Position numbers and translations under genes: made by a program. The notes beneath the pieces were generated by a model. That model searched no databases. It had not been told where the DNA came from and saw nothing but the letters and a program-made list of their open reading frames with translations. Shown here piece after piece: positions 1 through 9,040 of a DNA stretch of 13,518 nt (the first letter of the stretch is position 1; every line of letters begins with the position of its first letter). This DNA comes from Fonticula alba ATCC 38817 (lineage: Eukaryota; Protista; Nucleariida): assembly GCA_000388065.2 (NCBI GenBank), contig KB932212.1, one strand, 5' to 3'.

Positions 1-580
1 CCCCCCCCGACGACGACGATCTGGTTGCCCCGATTGCCTGGGGGGGAGGAGAGGTCGTTTGTCCCCCCGGCCCACGGGCGTTGCCCTGTGGCGCGAGTTG
101 AAGGGCCGAGGAGCCGAGAGGGGGTGGCCGGGCCCGGGCGCAAGGGGCCCCCAAGCGCACCAAATGGCCAATGTGGCACACGGACCGCGAGAGCCCGACG
201 CCAGATTGCTCCCCGCACAGAACGCCCCCGGCCCCGGGCTCGGGGCGCACCGTCCGCCCACGGCCGGGCCTGATGGCGAGTGGGGCCTGCCGGCAGCGCA
301 CCAGCCTCCGGCACCGCGGCGTCCCCAGGGGCCGGGCGCGCCCTCCTCGCCTCGATCGCAGGTGCCACGCCCCACACAAAAGCTCCCCCGGACGATGACC
401 CCCGGCGCCGACGCCCCCGCGATAACCGTCTCCTACATCTCCCCCTTTTGCCCCCCTCTCAGCCTCCCCTCCCCCGCCGCCTGCCCCCGTTTCCCTTCCT
501 CCCTCCCCCCCCCTCGCTCTTTGTCTCTCTCCCTCTCCCGCTGCACGCCTGTACGCTCGCTCGTCTGCCGCCCCCCCCCT

Positions 581-625
581 CCAGCCCAGCCCAGCCCAGC
601 CCAGCCCAGCCCAGCCCAGCCCAGC
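581..625. repeat. (CCAGC)9 pentanucleotide microsatellite, (GGGCT)n on the - strand
   Basis: Nine perfect copies read directly. Confidence 0.97.
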
Positions 626-708
626 CCTGGGTCCCGCCCCGCGCCACCTTCTCGCCCGGATCTCTGGTGTCCATACTGACGCGCTCCCCGCGCTGCCCCA
701 GGCGCACG

Positions 709-724
709 AGCGCGCGCGCGCGCT
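709..724. repeat. A(GC)7T perfect 16-bp palindrome
   Basis: agcgcgcgcgcgcgct read directly. Confidence 0.9.
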
Positions 725-932
725 GAGGAGCATCCACCCCCCCCCCCTCCCCTCCTGTGCCCCCGCCATCGCCCCCTCGCCCTTTCCCCCTTCCCTCTTC
801 GGCACCAGCCCGCGCATGACCCCCCCGGCCGCGCCGCACTTCCCGGACGCGCGCCCTTGAGGACCCACTCCTGCTCCCACCCCCACAAGGGATCCCGGCG
901 CCGCACGCGCGCGTGCGAGAGGAGCCCGTGGC

Positions 933-1114
933 ATGCCATTCACCGCGCAGCACCTCTCCCCGCCGCCCTTTCCTCCGCCGGCCGGCGGGGCTCCAGACGA
1001 CCCATCCATCTCGTCTCCTGTCCACCCGCCCCCCTTCGGCCGTTCCCTCTCCTCCTTCTCCTCCTCTTCGGATGATTTCTACTTCCAGCCACTGACTGGC
1101 TCGGTGGATGGTGC

Positions 1115-1199
<85 letters not shown>

Positions 1200-1926
1200 C
1201 ACACACAGCTGCACATGCATCTTCCGCCCCCTTCTCTCCTGCCTGACCTCCCCCCCCCTCTTGCCGGCCGGTGTCACAGCCCACATGGGCATCGACTCGC
1301 CACCGGCCATGCGCGGCGGGGCCACCCCTCATCCGCCCGCCACCACGGGCAGCGATTCCCCCCGGCTGGATGCCTTCCCGGTGTCATCGCTGGCCAATCG
1401 CCGCGCGCGCATGGTCCCGCCCCTGCGCCTACAGTCAACCAACTCCACGGCTCCCGGGGCCGATGGGCCTCCCGCCGGCGGCCCGGTCCCTCCGCCCCTG
1501 GCCACCGATGGGGGTCTGGTGCAACTGGTGAACGTCCAGCCCGGCAGCGGGATCTCCCTGCTGGCCGTCGAGGGCCCGGGGGTCCCTCGTGCCGCGCCAC
1601 ACTCGGCCCCTTCGCTGTCGATGCTCGGCGGCGGGGCACCCCCTCAGTTCTTCCCGACCGACGCCACATCGCCCCTGGGGCTGGGCCCGACCGGGGTCGC
1701 CCCGGGTCCCGGGTCCCCACTGACCACCTACCCCGGGCCCGGGCTCGGTCCGGCTTCTTCGATGGGCGGCAGTGGCGCCGGCTTCCTGGCCACCGGGCCC
1801 CGCGCCTTTGGCAGCCAGTCCGGCAGCGCCCTGCAGCTGCCCACCACCAGCCCAGCGCCCCACGCCCGCGTGCAATCGCCCCTCCACAGCCACCACCACC
1901 AGCAGCAGCAGCAGCACCACTACCAT

Positions 1927-1967
<41 letters not shown>

Positions 1968-3100
1968 ACAGCAGCAGCTTCAGCTCCAGCAGTTTCAGCA
2001 GCAGCAACAGCAGCAGCAACAGCAGCAGCTCCAGCTTCAGCAACAGTATCAGCTCCAGCTCCAGCTCCAGCAGCAGCAGCAGCAGCTCTCCCATCACCAG
2101 CAGCTTCATCTGAGCAATCCGTCGGTATACCCAGGCCGGCCGTTGTCAGCGGCTGGCTCCGGCGAGGGGCAGCCCCTGCTGAGCCCGGCCCCTGGCGCCG
2201 GGCCGGTTCTGGCATCCTCCCCCGCGCCCTTGTGCTTGCCATCGCACACCTCCCCGGCATCCGGCCACAGCGGCGGCGGCGGCGGCGGCCCGGTCAGCCC
2301 CTTCCCCAGTGCCACGATCCCCCCCCCGCGGCCGCTGTCCACCGAGTCGGGCCTGCCGCAGCTGCTGCAGGGGAGTCGCCTGCATGTGCGCTCCATCCCG
2401 ACCCGACACTCGACCGGCTATACGACCTACCTCCAGGCGCAGGGGTCGCTGCCGGGGCACCACCCCCCCCACCAGCACCAGCAGCACCCGGCGCATCATC
2501 ACCACCAGCAGCATCCGCACCTGCACAATCCGCATCTCTCCTCCCTGTCATTGAACCGCATCCTCTCGCCGGACTCGGACTCGGACTCCGCGCACCTGTA
2601 CCAATCGCACCCGATCTTGCGCTCTTCGCCGGCGGGGTGCGTGTCTGCGCTACCCTCCTTTGATCGATCCACTTTGCTCGTGTTTCTCGCCCTCTTCCCC
2701 CCCCCGTCCATCTCCTCCGTCAGCCGCTTGCCCTCTCCGACTCACATGCCCACGCCCCCGCCGGGATTGCGCCCAGTTGGATGACCCCCCCGGTCACCGG
2801 GTCTTCGCTCAGCTCCTCGTCCGTGTCTCTGTCGGCCCTGGATTCCAGCCGGAATTCGCTGTCCTCATCGTCCCTCGGCACGGTGAGTTCCTCTTCCGGG
2901 AGCTCCTCCCGGCAGAGCTACACCACCGGCTCGACGACCCACCACCACCCGGCCCTCGAGCCAAGCATGGCCTACCCCTCTCCGGCCGGGCGCTCCCTCA
3001 GTCCCTTCCAGCACCTGTCGCCAGTCCCCGGCGCCGGGGCTACTTACCCTGGCCCAGCCAGCCTGGCCACCAGTGGCTCGGCCGAATTTGGGTTTGCCCT

Positions 3101-3151
<51 letters not shown>

Positions 3152-5178
3152 AATCTTCCTGCAGCAGCTCCAGGCCCAAGCTCAGGCCCAGGCCCACATG
3201 CAGCAGCTCCAAGCGGCCCAGGCGGCCCACCCCACCCAGCATCCTGCCCCGGCACTGGAGCCCGGATGCGACAAGTTCCCGATTGTCGAGCGCCTGCGCC
3301 AAATCGAGCACGTCCATGCCCAGGGGTTTGCCGCGGCACTGGCACTCCTTCGGCCGACCTCCCTGGCCCAGACCCCGGTCCCACTGGCTCGGGCCGAGCA
3401 TGTCAACCAGGACATCGGCGACTATGTCTTTTTCCGCGTCCTCAGCCAGACCGCCTCATCGCTGGTGTGGCTGGCCTGCTACCGGCCGACCGGTGTCATG
3501 GTATGTCTTTTTGCGGCCCGGCGCCCGGGGATTTCGGCTCCCCGCTCCTTTGCGCCCTGTCGTCGCACGTGCCGCTCCTCGCCCCCATCCTCACTCTCCC
3601 CCCCTGCCCCCCCCCCCCCGTCACACGCCCGCCCACCCGGCACAGCTCGCTGTCAAAGTCCTGGCCATGCACGACCTGGCCCAGGCCGACGACCAGCTGC
3701 GCCTGCTCCGCGAGTTGACCTGCTACCGTCACCTGGCCCACACGAACATCATCCAGCTGCATGACATCCTGCAAACGCCGGACGCCGTGCTGGTGGCCCT
3801 GCAGTACCTCGGGGGCGGGGATCTCTATGACTTCGTCGACCGGCACAAGGGCCTGGCGGAGGATGTGGCCCGGCCCCTTTTCCGGTCCCTGGTGGCCGCT
3901 GTGCGGCACATCCACACCCTGGGGGTGGTCCATTGCGACCTGAAGCCCGAAAATGTGGTCCTGTCATCCGACCACACGCACTTGGCTCTGGTGGACTTCG
4001 GCTATTCCACCTACTGGATCGATGGGCCACGCACGGCCCAGGTCCAGGCCCCGGTGTCGCGGCCGCTGAAGCTCAATTGCGGCTCGCCGGAGTATGCGGC
4101 GCCGGAATTGGTGTCCGGGGTGGCGTATCACGGCCGGCCGGCCGACGCCTGGGCCCTCGGGGTCACGCTGTATGCCATGCTCAGCGGGTCGATGCCCTTC
4201 TACAATCGCGACCGGAAGGCCCTCTTCCGGGCCATCGCCCGCGTGGACTATCGCCCGCCCTCGGTGTCTGCCCCGGCGCGGGACCTCATCAGTCGGCTGT
4301 TGGTGGCGGCGCCGGAGCAGCGTGCCACCCTGGACGATGTGTGGGCGCATCCCTGGCTCCAGGCTGCCGGCATGGAGGGGGGAGCCTCCCCCGGGTCGGT
4401 GGTGGCCGGCCAGGCGCCTCCCCCGGGCTCGCAATATCAACTGCTGTCGTCCATGACCGAGGCCGATCTCCGGCCCCGGAGCCCGAGCGCCTCCTCGCTG
4501 TCCAGCTTGTCCTCCTCCAGCACGCGGTCATCCTTCTCCTCGGCGTCTGACAGCTCGCTGGCCCCGGCGAGCGCCGGGGCCCGGACACCGGGCCCCGGGG
4601 TCTTGGGCCTGGCCGTCGACGTGTCGGTCACCACGCCGGCGCCCTCCTCGCGCGGCCGGCGCGTCCGTCTGTCCCCGGCGGCCGAGGACGACATCCACGA
4701 GGGTGTCAGTGCCATGTCCTTCGTGGACAAGTCCGACGCCTGCAGCATCAGCAGCGTGTCCACCACGGCCAGCAGCAGCACCACCACCAGCGCCAGCGCC
4801 AGCGCCAGCGCCAGCGCCAGCGCCACCCCCACCTCCACCACCAGCCGGTCGGCGTCCCTCTTTGCCAGTGTCATCGGCAAGATCCGCACCTCCCGGTCCT
4901 CCGGGCGCGCTGAGCGCCAGGCCGCCGCGGCCGCGGCCGCCGCCGAGACCGCCTCCGCCGCCACCTCGCCCCAGGACCACGAGATGGCCCAGTCGCCGGA
5001 GGAGGAGCCGCCCGCCCGCGAGCGCCATCGTCCCAGCCGCCGGCCCTCGCTGCAGACCTCCAGCCTGGTGTCGGTCTTTTCGCTGAATCTGTCAAAGTCC
5101 TCGCAGAAGACCGGGCCCGGAGCCCAAGGCCTGCGCCGGTCCCTTCTCCACCGGTGGTGGTGGTGGTGGTGGTGGTGA
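933..5178 (+). CDS. CAMKL-family (MARK/Kin1/AMPK-like) Ser/Thr protein kinase, N-terminal and catalytic part; join(933..1110,1280..2636,2777..3500,3646..5178); about 1263 aa if it really stops at 5178
   Basis: After splicing at 3501-3645 the domain reads IGDYVFFRVLSQTASSLVWLACYRPTGVM|LAVKV...RE...HTNIIQLHDI...GGDLYDFV...HCDLKPEN...DFG...CGSPEYAAPE...DAWALGVTLYAML.G.MPF...ARDLISRLL...QRATLDDVWAHPWL, i.e. all kinase subdomains with MARK-like IGDY and CGSPxYAAPE. All three introns (GT..AG) restore the frame exactly (phases 1, 2, 0). Exon 1 (933-1110) is the least certain part. Confidence 0.88.
1111..1279 (+). other. Kinase intron 1 (169 nt, phase 1)
   Basis: GTGCGC donor, (GCAC)21, CTGAC branch-like motif at 1243, C-rich tract, CACAG acceptor; G+CC restores the frame of the 1108..2784 ORF. 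Confidence 0.7.
1117..1200 (+). repeat. (GCAC)21 intronic microsatellite
   Basis: 84 nt perfect repeat in kinase intron 1. Confidence 0.97.
1891..2100 (+). repeat. CAG/CAA/CAC-rich coding repeat (His/Gln block with L/F/Y interruptions)
   Basis: HHHHQQQQQHHYHQ...QLQLQQFQ...QLQLQQQYQLQLQL in kinase exon 2. Confidence 0.95.
2637..2776 (+). other. Kinase intron 2 (140 nt, phase 2)
   Basis: GTGCGT donor, pyrimidine-rich body, CCCAG acceptor; GG+T joins the 1108 frame to the 2781 frame. Confidence 0.8.
3102..3152 (+). repeat. (CAG)15(CAA)2 coding poly-Q17
   Basis: Read directly in kinase exon 3. Confidence 0.95.
3414..4359 (+). other. Protein kinase catalytic domain (interrupted by intron 3501-3645)
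   Basis: IGDY at 3414, LAVK at 3646, HCDLKPEN 3931-3954, DFG 3994-4002, APE 4099-4107, HPWL 4348-4359. Confidence 0.95.
3501..3645 (+). other. Kinase intron 3 (145 nt, phase 0)
   Basis: GTATGT donor, poly-C tract, CACAG acceptor; joins kinase beta-strand 2 (TGVM) to LAVK. Confidence 0.93.
4789..4824 (+). repeat. (AGCGCC)6 coding repeat, (Ser-Ala)6
   Basis: Read directly. Confidence 0.92.
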
Positions 5179-7390
5179 TCCCTCGCCGGGTGTCGGCGGC
5201 GGGAAGCCCGGCCTGCACGCTGGCCACACTGCGCGCGCCATTCCCCAAACCCCCACCTCGCCGATGCCGCCACTGGCGCCGGTGCCGACGGATCCCGGGT
5301 CCCTTGGTGGTGGCGGTGGCGGTGGCGGCCCCAGCGTCGGCGACAACACCGGCAGCGGCCCCGGCGGCGTCAGTGCCACCCCTGCCGCCGGCACCGGCGC
5401 CAGCCTGAGCGCCACCGCGGCCTCGGCCCCGGCGCCGCTGTATGCATCGCACTCGCTGCGGCCAGGGCGGCCGTATGGCGGCCCGCGTCCGCTGTCCTCC
5501 GACGGCGCCGGGTCGCCGAGGCTCATGGCGGATCCCTTCGGGGGGGTGGCCGGCCCGGTGTCCGGGGTTGTCCGGCGGCTGGTCACCTCTTCCTCCTCCG
5601 GGTCCCTGTCCTCGGACTCGTCCACCTGGGTAACCGATGATCGGCAGGCCGAGGCGGCGGAGGACTTGGCTGCGTCGTCCTCCTCGCAAATCAGCAGCGA
5701 CAGCGCGACGCTCGTTGGCTCCGAGGCAGCGGCGGCGGGGCCCTCCCACCCGGTGGCCGCCTATGATGGCCGCCCTTCGGCGGCGCAGGAGCATGCGGCG
5801 GCCATCGCGGCGGCGGCGGCCACCGCGGCCGCGGCCACGGCCGAGGCGTCCAGCCTGTCCGCCGGGGTGGTGTCCAGCGGCCCGCGGCCGCGTCGGCCGG
5901 CCTCCTACTCCTTCGGCGGCGGGGCCGGGGCGACGGGTGCCGGGCTCCAGCTGTCGGTCCTGTCCCAGGCGGCCGCCATCAGTCGCACCCCGCCGCCGTA
6001 CTCCGGCTCCCGGCCGACCACCCCCTCGGCCATGGCGCACTCACTGCCGCAACTGACCCCGCAATATCACCACACCATGCCGCATTTGGCCCAGCCATCG
6101 GCCATGATGCATGGCTTCCCGGCGGCCGGCCCGGCGACGGCCACCTCTCCCGCGTCCGACACCTTCCCGGGTCGCGGTGTGGCCGGCCCCAGCACCGCCC
6201 CTCAGCAGCCGCAGCCGCAGCAGCCATCGCAAGCGGCGCACCACCTCCGGTACATGCAATCGCAGCCACAGCCGCAGCCCCCCTTGGGATACTACTACTC
6301 GCAAACCATGCCGGCTGGCGGCCGGTGGGACAGCATCCCCGGCACAGGGGCCACCCTGTCGGCCGCCCACTCGTTGCCGGCCCTGCCGCTGAATGCCACG
6401 ATCACCCTTTCCTCGTCGACTTCATCGCTGAGCTCCCTCCCCGGGGGGTCGCAGCCGCAGCAGCCGCCGCCGCCCCAGCCGGTGATCTTTTCGTCCAACT
6501 CGGCCGCCGGGCCCGGGGCCGCCGGGCAGTACCGTGCACGCTCGGCCTCCGGCATCGCGGCCTTCTCCGGTGGTGGCGGGTCAGCTCCCGCCGGCCTGCA
6601 CCATCACTCGGGCCTCAGCCAGCAGGCTCAGTATCACCACCTACAGGCCCAGCAGCAGCAGCCGCAGCAGCAGCAACAGCAGCAGCAACTGGAGGCAGCT
6701 CGTTCCTCACAAACCTCGCCGGCCGGCAGCGCCGGGCCGCTGAGCCCCATCCGCAGCAGCAGCGCCGGCGGCGGGGGATGCCCCCCGTCGCCGCTTGGGC
6801 CCGGTGCCGGGGTCCTGCCGCCAGCCGGCCGGGCATACCACAATGGCTCGGTCCCCGGTCGCCGGACCGGCGGCTTCGGTGGCAGCACCCTGCCAGCCAG
6901 TCGGCCGGTCTCCCTGCACACCCCGCCGATGGCGCACTCGTACCTGTACCAGCAGCATCCATCCCATGCAGCGCCTCCGGGCGGGGGGAACGGCGCCCGG
7001 CACACCTTCCCCCCGACCGGCTTCCACACCATCGCCTCCGGGTCGCCGGCCGGGGCCCCGGCCGGGTCACTGGTGATCCCCTCGTCGCCGAGCTCGAAGT
7101 CCGCGTCGCCCGGGCCGGCCAGCGGCCCGCTGGCCCTGCCGGCATCCTTGCCCTCCGCCGCCGGGGCGACCCCGGCCGGGCCGGCCCACCGGCCGAGCGC
7201 CTCGCTGCCCATTCCGGCGGACATTCTCATGGCCCTGGCCGACGATCGGCCGGGCTTCCCGGCCGGCCTCGACGACGCCGGGCCCATCCCCCCGAAGGTG
7301 TCACTGTCGGCCGGGCAGGTTGTGGCCCCCTTCGCCGAGGTCGGCAGCGGGCACCACCAGCACCAGCACCAGCACCACCACCACCACCAC

Positions 7391-7421
<31 letters not shown>

Positions 7422-8308
7422 TCCACCACCAGCACCACCAGCACCAGCACCACCACCAGCACCACCACTACTCAACCTCCCCGGCCGGTGGCGGGGCGGC
7501 GCCCTTCCTGCCAGCCCCGCTGTCGGCGTCCGACTCGTCCCTCAATCTGGGGGCCATCGGCGGTGCGCCGAGCGGCGGGGGCGGCGCCTTTCCCCTGGCA
7601 CGGCCGGCGGCCTCGGTGACCAGCGGCCTGGCTGGCTGCGCCATCACCCCCTTCCACCGGGTCCCCACCAACCCGGTGTTCACGGTGGTCGGTCAGCCCC
7701 ATCCGTTGCTCCTGCTCCAGCGTCTGTCGGAGCTCCTCCGGCAGCGGGGTGTGCTGGTGGAGCCGCTGCCAGCCCCGCCGGCCGGCGCCTGGCGCCGAGC
7801 CCTCGTGGCCGGGGTGGTCGACGCCGGCCCCGACGCCGAGGTCAGCCCGGGGGGCGTGGCGGCCATCGATGCGGCAGCGGCGGAGGCCGCCGCCGCCGGC
7901 CCGGGCACCGCCACCGCCACCGCCACCTCCTTGCCCCCTGCAGCCCTGATGGAGAGCGCATCCTCCTACCACATCCACCGGCTGCAGTGCATGGTCCCGC
8001 TGGCGGCCAGTGCGGGCCTCGGCGCTGGCCAGCTCCAGTTCGACCTGGACCTGGTGTCGCTGCAGCCTCTGGACCGCGCGCTCTGGGTCCAGTCCCTCCC
8101 GGCTCAGGGGACCCTCTTTGTGAACATGCGCCTGCCAGATGCCCAGTCGCTGAATGTCATGGCTCTGGGCCCGGAGCCGCTCAACACCTACGAAGACCTG
8201 TCCGAGCGCATCCGCGCCTTCCTCCTGAGCGCCAGCCACTCGGAGGGCGACGCCGCGACCGTGGCCCAGCTGTTCGGCAACACCGGCGCCCCTGCGGCGC
8301 CGGTGTAG
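5087..8308 (+). CDS. Probable C-terminal continuation of the kinase gene (frame open from 5087, first ATG 5264): long S/P/G/Q/H low-complexity region ending in a KA1-like domain
   Basis: 1014-aa ORF with coding-like GC3 bias and in-frame poly-Q/poly-H. The frame stays open upstream of the ATG (..GPEPKACAGPFSTGGGGGGGGD..) and overlaps the end of the kinase ORF. The C-terminus has KA1-like spacing. A separate gene starting at 5264 cannot be excluded. Confidence 0.75.
5153..5176 (+). repeat. (GGT)8 repeat at the kinase frame junction (Gly8 in one frame, Trp7 then stop in the other)
   Basis: Read directly. Confidence 0.92.
7352..7470 (+). repeat. CAC/CAG coding repeat (poly-His/poly-Gln)
   Basis: HHQHQHQHHHHHHHQQQQQQQQQLHHQHHQHQHHHQHHH. 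Confidence 0.93.
7660..8232 (+). other. KA1-like (kinase-associated-1) C-terminal domain with an Ala/Pro/Gly-rich insertion
   Basis: Helix P-LLLLQRLSELLRQRGV, strand Y..RLQC, strand QLQFDLDLVSL, strand LFVNMRL, final helix NTYEDLSERIRAFLL. This matches the order of elements in MARK/Kin1 KA1 domains. Recognised by eye, not by HMM. Confidence 0.55.
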
Positions 8309-8555
8309 CGCCTCTCTCCCCCCCCCCCCCCATGTCCCTCCTCTCCCCTTGTCCTTGTCCTTGTTTCTTGTTTGTGCCCCTGTCTATCTCCCTGCTTCTC
8401 CCCCTCCCGCTCCCTCTCTTCCTCCCTCTTCGTATGGTCCGAGGGCACAAAATGGTGCCCAGAAGGAGAGGTACATTCCCCCTCCCCCCGTGCCCCTCTG
8501 CTGCTCCCCAGAGCCGGGGGAGGGGCACACGTAATGCCCCGGAGAGAGAAAGAGC

Positions 8556-8574
8556 GAGAGAGAGAGAGAGAGAG
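8556..8574. repeat. (GA)9 microsatellite, intergenic or 3' UTR
   Basis: Read directly. Confidence 0.85.
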
Positions 8575-8786
8575 CGACGCGAAGACGAAGGCGCGCCAGG
8601 CCGCGCGCAAACAATATATGTACCATTATCCCTCCAACTGCCAACGATCTCATCGCCATGTGGACGCATCTGTGCCGCCCCGGCCGCCCCCAGCGGTCCG
8701 GGAGCGAAGCCGGGCGCGGGGGACAGGCGGGCCACTGCCCGCCGCTCTTCGCCCGGTGGGGCCACACGCACGCCTTCGGCGCCGTC

Positions 8787-8796
8787 NNNNNNNNNN
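8787..8796. other. Assembly gap (10 N)
   Basis: nnnnnnnnnn in the intergenic region upstream of TRM6; true length unknown. Confidence 1.
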
Positions 8797-9040
8797 CCGC
8801 CCGCGGGTGCTGGCCGATCTGTCGGGCGCAAAGTGCCAGGGCGAGGGCGTGCGCATGCAGACGCCCGCGCACGGGGCAGGGCAAGGGCACAGCCAAAAGA
8901 GCGGCAATGCCGGCAGGGGACCCCCCCTGCGTCACTGGCAGTGCCATCCTCCCCCATCTAAGCGCCCCGCCTCCTCTCCTCCCTGCCCCTCCCTGCCCCT
9001 CCCCCCCTCCCCCATCTTCGCTCTCCCTTACTCGGCCAAC

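Noticed and set aside
165-175. CCAAT box at about 168-172
   Set aside because: A single short motif with no TSS information; expected by chance.
1-930. Several overlapping 60-290 aa ORFs on both strands at the window start
   Set aside because: No recognisable domain, translations are dominated by microsatellites and C-runs (AQPS, GWAGL, CVRA); probably promoter, UTR or intergenic sequence.
1201-1246. Alternative acceptor ACACAG at 1208 in kinase intron 1
   Set aside because: Leads to TGA at 1244-1246 and lies upstream of the branch-like CTGAC; no evidence for use as a poison splice.
933-2663. 576-aa ORF reading through intron 1 (THAR repeats) and giving poly-Ala over the CAG tract
   Set aside because: Only the first 59 codons look real. 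The rest is the intron microsatellite plus an off-frame reading of the poly-Q exon; stop codons are rare at this GC content.
2883-2888. Canonical GTGAGT donors at 2883 and about 9132
   Set aside because: Both lie in open frames; the second encodes the conserved TRM6 GEYVLL motif. No intron is needed.
5152-5180. Programmed +1 ribosomal frameshift on the (TGG)7-TGA run
   Set aside because: tRNA-Trp would re-pair poorly on GGU and no known slippery motif is evident; an indel or short intron is more parsimonious. Kept only as a minor option in the finding.
1274-8239. Many long antisense and off-frame ORFs across the kinase locus (e.g. 1274..2260 -, 4437..5273 -, 4871..6040 -, 6325..8961 +)
   Set aside because: Shadow ORFs of GC-rich coding sequence; poly-Leu/Ala/Ser/Cys runs are alternate readings of CAG repeats.
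8309-9040. ORFs spanning the intergenic region and the N gap (8372..9625 upstream part, 8181..8957 -, 8384..8947 -)
   Set aside because: Low-complexity pyrimidine and GA tracts with an assembly gap; TRM6 homology starts only after ATG 9041.
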